From contig CP113000.1 of NCBI GenBank assembly GCA_026625185.1, positions 2,085,622 through 2,117,621 of the forward strand: a stretch of DNA of 32,000 nt, given 5' to 3'. Positions within the stretch are counted from its first letter, which is position 1. The number at the start of each line of letters is the position of its first letter. The notes below the pieces were generated by a model. The model worked only from the letters and a program-made list of their open reading frames with translations, ran no database searches and was not told the DNA's origin. The DNA is from Thermodesulfobacteriota bacterium. GTDB taxonomy: Bacteria > Desulfobacterota > WTBG01 > JAGOGO01. This document shows, one piece after another, positions 7,516-14,227 of the stretch. Position numbers and translations under genes: made by a program.

Positions 7516-8049
7516 GTGATCAGTGATGTTTATCTGTCCACATTTTTAGCCATAATTCTTTTGATTGCGGCAATATACGACATTTGGGTTGCTAAAATTC
7601 CCAATGTGATCACGTTCTCCGGTATGATAACCGGCATTATATATCATGGGGCAGCTCAGGGTTTGAGCGGGGCCGGGCTGAGTATTGCCGGCCTGCTGGC
7701 AGGGAGCGCGGTATTTTTCCCTTTTTACCTGCTGAAAGGAATGGGAGCCGGGGATATAAAGCTGATGGGAGCGGTGGGCTCCTTAGTGGCCTGGAAAGGA
7801 ATAATCCCGGCTATTGTTTTTACCGCGCTGGCCGGAGGCATTTATGCGTTTGCGCTTATTTTTTGCAATCCCAGTACCTGCAAGAGATTGATCTTTGGAT
7901 CAATATCAATGTTTAAGACTCTTGCGCTGACCGGGCAGATTGTTCTTCCCTCCTTATTTGAAAAGGAGAAAAAGCCGCAGGTGCGTTATGGGGTGGCGAT
8001 CGCCGCGGGAACTTTATTTTCGCAGTGGTGGTGGCCGCTGCTTAAGTAG
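7516..8049 (+). CDS. cpaA: A24 family prepilin peptidase (CpaA/TadV)
   Basis: 177-aa polytopic protein with the LKGMGAGDIKLMGAVG aspartyl-protease motif and an N-terminal IYDIWVAKIPN segment. GTG start. Tad locus context. Confidence 0.85.
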   Translation: MISDVYLSTFLAIILLIAAIYDIWVAKIPNVITFSGMITGIIYHGAAQGLSGAGLSIAGLLAGSAVFFPFYLLKGMGAGDIKLMGAVGSLVAWKGIIPAIVFTALAGGIYAFALIFCNPSTCKRLIFGSISMFKTLALTGQIVLPSLFEKEKKPQVRYGVAIAAGTLFSQWWWPLLK

Positions 8050-8329
8050 TTTTGGGGAACGCTCATTAATTTCTCTCCAACCAAATTTTTCCTTTTACCA
8101 CCCCTTTGAAAATGGGTAGAATTGGTTTATTTCTCTTTTTTAAAGTGGAAAATCAAGTTTTCCTCTTTAATTAATGGAAAAAAAACAAATTTTTCTTGAA
8201 ATTTTTCTTGAAATAAATAAAAAACATTGTAAAATATATTTCAAATTGCTTATTTTTATCCCATGAGAAAATTTTCTAACGGCTAAAGTAAAGAAAAATT
8301 CTCATCAGATAAAGAAAGGGGTGAATCTT

Positions 8330-9175
8330 ATGGAGAGATGGAAAGCATTTTTACCGATTCTGATAGCGGTGATTATTGCCTTGATCGGGGCTTTTGCGGC
8401 CAACAAATGGCTAAAAAAGCAGGCGATTGTAAAGGGGAAACCAACCATTGGGGAAACCGCCCAGATTGCCGTGGCCAAGGTGGATTTGCCCTGGGGAACG
8501 AAGCTGACCTCTGAAGCCTTGACCTCCGCAAGGTTTATTAAAAATAGTTTGCCCACAGGCTATTTTACTGATCTTGCTGCTCTCAACAACCGGGTGCTTC
8601 TCAGTCCGGTTAGTAGGAATGAACCTATTTTAGAATCGCGATTAGCTCCGGTCAGCATTGCTACGGGCGGCGTTTCCGCGGTTATTCCGAGCGGCAAACG
8701 GGCGATAGCGGTCAAAGGCGACAAAGTCATCGGATTATCCGGACTGATCCAGCCTGGCAACCGGGTTGATGTTCTGTTCAGCATAACCAACCCGGAGACA
8801 CAAACCGAGATCACCAAAATCGTGCTTCAGGATATTCTGGTGCTGGCCGCCAACACCCAAATAGAGAAAGGCAAGAAAGAAGGCGAAGCAGCTCCGGTGG
8901 ATGTTTATACCCTCGAGGTAACACCGGAAGATGGTGAGAAGCTTGCGCTCGCCGCTACCCAGGGAAGACTTCAGTTCGCTTTAAGAAACCCCATGGATTT
9001 GGAAATGGTGGTTACCAGAGGAGCGACCATACCGGATACGCTCGGTATGTTGTATATACCCGGCAACAAAAAAAGCCCGGAACCCATGGCAACAAGAGGC
9101 CCTTCCGCTGTCCATGAGTCCGAGGTTACCATTATTAACGGCTCTAAGGCAACGGTCGTTAAACATGCGCTGTAA
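8330..9175 (+). CDS. cpaB: Flp pilus assembly protein CpaB/RcpC
   Basis: N-terminal TM anchor followed by SAF-like and RcpC-like regions (VAKVDLPWGTKLT, AIAVKGDKVIGLSGLIQPGNRVDVL, LEVTPEDGEKLALAATQGRLQFALRN). ATG at 8330 follows a purine-rich GGGG stretch; the in-frame GTG at 8321 is an alternative start. Confidence 0.85.
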   Translation: MERWKAFLPILIAVIIALIGAFAANKWLKKQAIVKGKPTIGETAQIAVAKVDLPWGTKLTSEALTSARFIKNSLPTGYFTDLAALNNRVLLSPVSRNEPILESRLAPVSIATGGVSAVIPSGKRAIAVKGDKVIGLSGLIQPGNRVDVLFSITNPETQTEITKIVLQDILVLAANTQIEKGKKEGEAAPVDVYTLEVTPEDGEKLALAATQGRLQFALRNPMDLEMVVTRGATIPDTLGMLYIPGNKKSPEPMATRGPSAVHESEVTIINGSKATVVKHAL

Positions 9176-9198
9176 TTATTTAATGAGAGGGCGGAATT

Positions 9199-9480
9199 CA
9201 CCCTCACCCCGGCCCTCTCCCTCAAGGGAGAGGGAGTTTTGAATTGATTCTCTCCCTCAAGGGAGAGGGAGTTTTGAATTGATTCTCTCCCTCAAGGGAG
9301 AGTGGGGTGGTTGCTTCTCTCTCCATTAAGGGAAAAAATGTTTTTTGGTTTCTTCTCTCCGTTAAAGGGGAGATAGAAATTTTGGTTTGATTCTCTCCCT
9401 TAAGGGAGAAGGAAAATTTGGAGTGGATTTTGAAACGTTACCTCCTCTCCCCTGCGGGGAGAGGATTGAGGTGAGGGGGC
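9199..9480. repeat. tandem array of about 7 palindromic hairpin units (TCTCCCTCAAGGGAGA type, period about 36-37 bp), bounded by inverted CACCCTCACC / GGTGAGGGGG
   Basis: Hairpins start near 9213, 9250, 9286, 9318, 9354, 9391 and 9443. The first three are near-identical, including their spacers (AGTTTTGAATTGATT). The last unit is the canonical family core in inverted orientation. Confidence 0.8.
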
Positions 9481-9560
9481 TTATCGCATCTTATTTTTGC
9501 TCTGATTAATATGTTTCCCCCCCGTAAGAAGGCACGGGGTAAAAGAAAGTGAGGAGAAGA

Positions 9561-10979
9561 ATGAGGCTTACAACCACGGCAATAATGAAAGGATATGGAC
9601 TCGCTTTTGTTATTCTCGCTTTGTTGCTGACCCTCTCGGGCAGAGCATTTTCTCAAACCATTATCGTGCTGGGAGATAAAAAAACGACTAAGCTTGACCT
9701 GGTCGTCGGGAAATCAGTGATATTTAAAAGCTCTCAGGAAATAAAATCCGCCAGTATCGCTGACCCGGAGATCGCGGAATGCGTTTCTCTATCTCCCAGT
9801 GAAATTTACGTTGTTGCCAAAGCTCCCGGCGCGACCCGCCTTATTATTTCCCAGGCCGGAAAGGCGATGTTTACCTATGATTTAACTGTTGCCTACGATA
9901 TCGCGGGGTTGAAGCAGAAGCTCAACGAGATGTTGCCGGACGAGAATAATATTCAGGTAACGGCCACGAATAAATCCCTTACCTTGAGCGGCCGGGTTTC
10001 GAGCACGGTCAAGCTTTCTCAAGCGCTCGCGATTGCTGAGGGCTTCGCTCCCAAGGGGGGAATCAATAATCTCCTTGAGGTCGCCGGAGTACATCAGGTG
10101 ATGCTGGAAGTGCGGGTGGCGGAGATGTCAAAGAGTTTAGGTCAAAAGCTGGGTTTTAATTTTGCTTACACCAACGGGCAAGACTTCGCCCTTACCCATT
10201 TGGCACAACTTACTTCCTTCGATTCCGCGACCGCAGGCGGGCCATTGGGCATTGCGGTCTCTTCCGCGGTTAACGCCCTTTTTCGTTTTAAGAAGGGCAA
10301 CTCCACCTGGACCAATTTTATTGACGCCTTAAAAGAAGACGGCTTGGTCCACGTTCTGGCGGAGCCGACCCTGATCGCTTTAAGCGGCCAGTCAGCAAAC
10401 TTTCTCGCCGGAGGGGAGTTTCCGATCCCGGTTCCCCAGGGACTCGGAACGGTCGGCATTGAATATAAATCATTCGGCGTCGGCCTTACCTTCACGCCGA
10501 TTGTTCTCGATGATAAAAAGATTAATATAAAGGTGTCCCCTGAGGTTTCACAGTTGGATTATTCCATCGGTATCAATATAATAGAAGGACTTCCAGTTCC
10601 CGGAATAACCACCCGGAGGGCCTCGACCACCGTAGAGCTGGGGGACGGCCAGAGCTTTGGTATTGCCGGCCTTCTGCAAGATAGCACGCGCAACGCTATT
10701 TCCAAGTATCCGTTCCTCGGAGAGATGCCGGTGCTGGGAGCTTTGTTCCGCAGCAGCGACTATCAAAGAAGTGAGACGGAGCTGATCATTATTGTTACAC
10801 CGCATATTGTAAAGCCCCTTGATATGGCCAAACAGTCTTTGCCGACCGATTATTATGTGGAGCCGAACGCGTGGGAGTTTTACGGCCTGGGTCTCCTGGA
10901 AGGAAGGAGCAAGCCTTTGTCTCCGGTCGCAACCGGTGAGCTCGATGGAGAGTTCGGGCACGCGGTGCCTATGCCGTAG
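9561..10979 (+). CDS. cpaC: Flp pilus secretin CpaC/RcpA
   Basis: Signal peptide (MKGYGLAFVILALLLTLSGRAFSQ), a pilus-formation N-terminal domain, a BON-like region and a C-terminal secretin domain (LLEVAGVHQVMLEVRVAEM..., PVLGALFRS...ELIIIVTPHIV). The in-frame GTG at 9549 is an alternative start. Confidence 0.9.
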   Translation: MRLTTTAIMKGYGLAFVILALLLTLSGRAFSQTIIVLGDKKTTKLDLVVGKSVIFKSSQEIKSASIADPEIAECVSLSPSEIYVVAKAPGATRLIISQAGKAMFTYDLTVAYDIAGLKQKLNEMLPDENNIQVTATNKSLTLSGRVSSTVKLSQALAIAEGFAPKGGINNLLEVAGVHQVMLEVRVAEMSKSLGQKLGFNFAYTNGQDFALTHLAQLTSFDSATAGGPLGIAVSSAVNALFRFKKGNSTWTNFIDALKEDGLVHVLAEPTLIALSGQSANFLAGGEFPIPVPQGLGTVGIEYKSFGVGLTFTPIVLDDKKINIKVSPEVSQLDYSIGINIIEGLPVPGITTRRASTTVELGDGQSFGIAGLLQDSTRNAISKYPFLGEMPVLGALFRSSDYQRSETELIIIVTPHIVKPLDMAKQSLPTDYYVEPNAWEFYGLGLLEGRSKPLSPVATGELDGEFGHAVPMP

Positions 10980-11000
10980 GGGAAAAAGGAAGGGGATTTT

Positions 11001-11083
11001 CTCCTCACCCTGTCCCTCTCCCCCGAGGGGGAGAGGGGAGCTACTTTAAAAATAATCCTCCCCTTTGGTAAAGGGGAGTTAGA
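11001..11083. repeat. REP/MITE-like element, two hairpins, immediately after cpaC
   Basis: CTCCTCACCCTGTCCCTCTCCCCCGAGGGGGAGAGGGGAG, then CTCCCCTTTGGTAAAGGGGAG. Same family as 6813-6854. This is the last host-type sequence before the prophage. Confidence 0.7.
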
Positions 11084-11140
11084 GGAAATTTTAACGTAAG
11101 AATGAAACGTGACCTCAATCACGTTGTCGGATTTAATAGA

Positions 11141-11200
11141 ATCGGCGACAAATTGTAACAAAAACGGCGACAAATTAATGAAATCGGGCACAATTTCCCA
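11141..11200 (+). promoter_or_regulatory. cluster of direct repeats at the prophage terminus (candidate transposase or integrase arm-type binding sites)
   Basis: ATCGGCGACAAATTGTAA (11141), AACGGCGACAAATTAATG (11163) and ATCGGGCACAATTTCCCA (11183, repeated at 11283) lie in the same orientation at about 20-23-bp spacing. Confidence 0.4.
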
Positions 11201-11225
11201 GGGGTATTTTTCAGGCAACACAAAA

Positions 11226-11257
11226 CCTGTCTGATTTTTGACTTCAAAATCAGCAGG
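11226..11257 (-). terminator. hairpin with U-rich tail on the minus strand (distal duplicate copy)
   Basis: CCTGCTGATTTT-GAAGTCA-AAAATCAGACAGG followed by TTTTGTGTT when read on the minus strand. Confidence 0.4.
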
Positions 11258-11325
11258 TATTTTATCCCCACAAATTAATGAAATCGGGCACAATTTCCCA
11301 GGGGTATTTTTCAGGCAACACAAAA

Positions 11326-11357
11326 CCTGTCTGATTTTTGACTTCAAAATCAGCAGG
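11326..11357 (-). terminator. hairpin with U-rich tail on the minus strand, first terminator candidate downstream of dam
   Basis: Same sequence as 11226-11257. It lies about 85 nt downstream of the dam stop codon. Confidence 0.5.
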
Positions 11358-11440
11358 TATTTTATCCCCAAAATTCTTATGGCCGAAGCCGATTTTTCCC
11401 CTAAAAAAACAAATTCATTAAGGCATAAAAACCTTCTTTT

Positions 11441-12199
11441 TTAAAAATTACTAATTAACAATTCTTTCCCTTCGCTGTGATTACCCCTATTTAGAGTATA
11501 AATTGTCGATACCGGCTTAATTTTAAATCCTTTAAATATTTCCCTGATCTCCTGCGCATCATTGATACTCAGAACGAATTGCGCTTTGATTTTGGCCAGC
11601 TTATCCGCCATCTCTTTATAATCAGGCAGTTCCATATTAAACTTATACCAGGGAGCCTTCCAATAGGGCGGATCGAGATAAAAAAAGGCCTCAGCACGAT
11701 CATAACAAACCAAAAATTTCTGGTACGGGAGATTTTCAATCGTAACCTGAGACAACCTCAAATGGACTTCTGATAACTCCTCTTCCAGCCGAAGCAGATT
11801 AATCCCGGGTCTATGCAAGGGTCTCATCCCAAAGTTTCTACCCACCACCTTTGCGCTGAACGCGTGCCGCTGGAGATAATAATAATGGGCTGCTCGTTGG
11901 ATATCAGTCAAACCCCCGGCAACTTGCTGCCGCTTAAAATCCTCGAACCATTCTCTCGATGATAAAATCCATTTAAATTGTTTTAAAAACTCCTCTAAAT
12001 GATGCTGTAATACACGGTAAAAGCAAATCAGATCGCTATCCAGATCATTGATAACTTCAAATTTAGAGGGTTCTTTGCGAAAAAATACCCACGCTGCCCC
12101 GGCAAAGACCTCACAGTACATTTTGTGCTCCGGGATCATCTCAATTATTGTTTTTGCCAGCTTACTTTTGCCGCCGATGTACGCTAATGGACTGTCCAC
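11441..12199 (-). CDS. dam: D12-class N6-adenine DNA methyltransferase (Dam family), orphan
   Basis: N-terminal YIGGKSKLA, then EVFAGAAWVF (AdoMet-binding region) and the catalytic FYLDPPYW motif. GTG start 6 nt after AAGGAGG. No adjacent restriction endonuclease ORF. Confidence 0.9.
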   Translation of the reverse strand: MDSPLAYIGGKSKLAKTIIEMIPEHKMYCEVFAGAAWVFFRKEPSKFEVINDLDSDLICFYRVLQHHLEEFLKQFKWILSSREWFEDFKRQQVAGGLTDIQRAAHYYYLQRHAFSAKVVGRNFGMRPLHRPGINLLRLEEELSEVHLRLSQVTIENLPYQKFLVCYDRAEAFFYLDPPYWKAPWYKFNMELPDYKEMADKLAKIKAQFVLSINDAQEIREIFKGFKIKPVSTIYTLNRGNHSEGKELLISNF

Positions 12200-12359
12200 T
12201 GGACACCTCCTTGTGCAGAAAAATAACTTGTGTTATTATTCCCACACCATCTTTTCTCATCCCGATGGTGGAGAGTTTCCGCATTATGCGGACTGCGCTG
12301 GGTGGTGCCAGTGCGGCGGTGGCAGAGATCCATCACAATCTCTGCCCCGAACTTTCCTT

Positions 12360-12791
12360 TTATTTTAATGATTGATCTGATTGAGTTATAGTGGCCTGCG
12401 GCGTCGAAACCAATGGTGCAGGAGTCGCAACCGTCTGAGAATCCGGTATCACTGGAGCGGTTGCGGGAACGCCTTGAGTCTTAGCTGCCACTGCGCCATA
12501 AGCTGCCGCCGCATTCAAGATATTGGTCATAAAACCGCTCAACTGTGTGCTTGTGTCGGCATTATACGTGCCGAGTAAATCACTCCAGGTTATTACCTGG
12601 TTTACAAAAGGCGGTTTTTTGGCCGTTATATCCATTTTTGCAATCACTATTTTCCCCGTACTATCGTACTGTTCTTTGTGGATGGTCATGGTGGTACACC
12701 CACTTGAAAAAATCAACCCCCAAACAACCAAAACAGTAATAAAATAAACACAAAACAGTTCGAACTCAAAATAATAGAATATTTTTTTCAT
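12360..12791 (-). CDS. phage-encoded lipoprotein, unknown function (candidate superinfection-exclusion or spanin-like)
   Basis: The signal peptide ends in the lipobox-like FSSGC. The C-terminal half is Ala/Pro/Thr-rich with no C-terminal TM. It sits between the peptidase and dam. Confidence 0.6.
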   Translation of the reverse strand: MKKIFYYFEFELFCVYFITVLVVWGLIFSSGCTTMTIHKEQYDSTGKIVIAKMDITAKKPPFVNQVITWSDLLGTYNADTSTQLSGFMTNILNAAAAYGAVAAKTQGVPATAPVIPDSQTVATPAPLVSTPQATITQSDQSLK

Positions 12792-12803
12792 GCGAACTCC
12801 TTT

Positions 12804-13310
12804 CTATTTGAGCCGTACCGGCTCGTTTAAAACATCCCATTTGGCGATATCGCCCGGCCGGGGAGCGGTTTTACCTTCCACCAGCCCGGCGGCTCGATAC
12901 GCCAGAAAAACAAACTCGCTGCAAAAATACCTCGTGCAATCCGCCGAGACCCGGCCAAAAATATTTTTAATTACCGAGCCAAAATCATACGGCGTGCCGA
13001 CCTGATCAAGCGCCCAGGTGACGATTTGTTCACGCGCGCCACAATATTCTTTTTTGAGCGGCAGCCACCAGGCTTCACCGTCATATTTTTTAACCCTCCA
13101 CGATAAAATACGCAGCTCAATGCCTGACGCGTTGGCTTCAAGAATAAACCGGCGATCGGTCAAGCCTTTAAACTCTTCCAGCCGGATCACCAGCGAAGCG
13201 TGGCTGTAACCGCCGTAAAGCCGGATCAGGCGCGAGATCGCTCCCGTGCCCTTCCAGAGGATCACGTCTCCGGACTTGATAGCCTCACGATGTTGAGAAT
13301 AATTATTCAT
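12804..13310 (-). CDS. permuted papain-fold peptidase, NlpC/P60 superfamily (YaeF/YiiX C92-like); candidate endolysin or tail-associated cell-wall peptidase
   Basis: GDVILWKGTGAISRLIRLYGGYSHASLV (His) precedes YFCSEFVFLAYRAAG (Cys). This is the circularly permuted order typical of the C92 family. The start overlaps the upstream stop as ATGA. Confidence 0.7.
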   Translation of the reverse strand: MNNYSQHREAIKSGDVILWKGTGAISRLIRLYGGYSHASLVIRLEEFKGLTDRRFILEANASGIELRILSWRVKKYDGEAWWLPLKKEYCGAREQIVTWALDQVGTPYDFGSVIKNIFGRVSADCTRYFCSEFVFLAYRAAGLVEGKTAPRPGDIAKWDVLNEPVRLK

Positions 13311-13690
13311 CAGCTCGGGTCCCTGATCTCCAATATATCAAATGGATTAAGAGGACATTCTACTTCATCTATCACCGGGATATTACAGGTGCTGATTGCC
13401 TTAATCTCCGAATTTACCGAATCAGAAATTACCACATGTGTTGCCGTGTTTGTCCCGGTCCCCGTAATCGTCTGTGCCGCAACTGTCAGCTTTCTTCCAC
13501 TTGTATCCCCATCGCCGATAGTATAGTCACCGTTACCGTCTCCGGTGGTCAGCGTTACTTGGCCGAGAGAAACCGCGGCTATTCCGGCATAGTTAGCAGG
13601 CTGGGCAGAACAGAGGTCGAGCTTATTACCATTGTCGGCAATGTCCGCCAATAGTAAGTCTTTTTCATCATCGGGTATTAATTTCCCCAT
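13310..13690 (-). CDS. phage protein, unknown function
   Basis: 126-aa ORF in the operon, GGAG-type RBS, coupled to the downstream gene. Gly/Thr/Asp-rich. No family confidently recognised. Confidence 0.55.
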   Translation of the reverse strand: MGKLIPDDEKDLLLADIADNGNKLDLCSAQPANYAGIAAVSLGQVTLTTGDGNGDYTIGDGDTSGRKLTVAAQTITGTGTNTATHVVISDSVNSEIKAISTCNIPVIDEVECPLNPFDILEIRDPS

Positions 13691-13699
13691 TTTTTCTCC

Positions 13700-14218
13700 T
13701 TATCTAAATAATATAATTCTTAGTTTAAATGGCTTAGGTTCATAAATTCCTTGAGTATTTTTCTGTCTCATCCCAGTAGCGTAAGGGACCGGTAGGTTCA
13801 TTACCTGAATGCCTAATTGAAGTTGAATTATTCTACCGCCTATTTGCGTGGTAGATTTACCGACCAATTTGTCCAGTATGTCATTTCCTAAATCATTTTT
13901 TAATTGCACTTTCCAGCCATAGCAACCATCAACTGCCACTTCTACTTGAGAAATGTATTCACAGAATGTCCACATGGCAGTATCAACCCACTCCAAAAGA
14001 ACAGGACTATCTATCTTCTTAACCACATCGGCAGCAGAAATATTAAGAGTCCCATTTGCGTCAGGTACACAATCCCACTGTAAGCATGTCTGAGTTGGTT
14101 CTGTACCTATCATGTCAGCAGTCCTTGACCAGTAGACGGAAAGCTCCGCTGTTCCTGCTGCAAAAGTTCGTAACGCAAAAAGAAAAACGAAAACTAAAGA
14201 GAAAAATATTTTTTTCAT
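13700..14218 (-). CDS. secreted protein (signal peptide), unknown function, fibre-associated position
   Basis: MKKIFFSLVFVFLFALRTFAAG looks like a Sec signal peptide. The gene is AT-rich and starts 9 nt after the fibre gene stop. Confidence 0.55.
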   Translation of the reverse strand: MKKIFFSLVFVFLFALRTFAAGTAELSVYWSRTADMIGTEPTQTCLQWDCVPDANGTLNISAADVVKKIDSPVLLEWVDTAMWTFCEYISQVEVAVDGCYGWKVQLKNDLGNDILDKLVGKSTTQIGGRIIQLQLGIQVMNLPVPYATGMRQKNTQGIYEPKPFKLRIILFR

Positions 14219-14227
14219 AAAACCCTC

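Larger units (their letters stand above)
11171..11370. repeat. perfect tandem duplication, 2 x 100 bp
   Basis: 11171-11270 and 11271-11370 are identical base for base when read side by side. Each unit carries one terminal-repeat motif and one 12-bp-stem hairpin. Confidence 0.95.

Noticed and set aside
8208-8235. Sigma-70-like promoter TTGAAA-N16-TAAAAT upstream of cpaB, next to a direct repeat ATTTTTCTTGAA x2
   Set aside because: Not rejected outright, but such hexamers arise easily by chance in this extremely AT-rich spacer. The support is too weak to list as a feature.
9199-9480. A CRISPR-like look: regularly spaced palindromic repeats with a period of about 36-37 bp
   Set aside because: The 'spacers' are themselves repeated (AGTTTTGAATTGATT twice, with related variants). 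The units decay progressively, there are no cas genes, and the same palindrome family occurs singly elsewhere. This is a tandem REP/MITE-like array, not a CRISPR.
11226-11257. Hairpin with a 7-nt loop, considered as a tRNA anticodon arm or tRNA-derived att site
   Set aside because: There are no flanking D- or T-arm features (no GG / GTTCRA motifs), and the loop sequence UGACUUC (or its complement) does not fit the conserved U33/purine-37 pattern. A bidirectional terminator-like hairpin explains it better.
10880-11371. 163-aa minus-strand ORF spanning the cpaC end, the REP element and the tandem repeat
   Set aside because: It crosses the host-phage junction, overlaps cpaC antisense, and owes its length to the duplicated 100-bp unit (its peptide sequence is repeated). 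No RBS or recognisable domain.
12200-12359. A possible Com-like small ORF (about 49 aa, MDLCHRRTGTTQRSPHNAETLHHRDEKRWCG...) overlapping the dam start, plus the plus-strand ORFs 12048-12368 and 12148-12375
   Set aside because: No RBS before the ATG and no CxxC zinc-finger pairs like Mu Com. The plus-strand ORFs are antisense to dam. The region is treated as an RNA leader instead.
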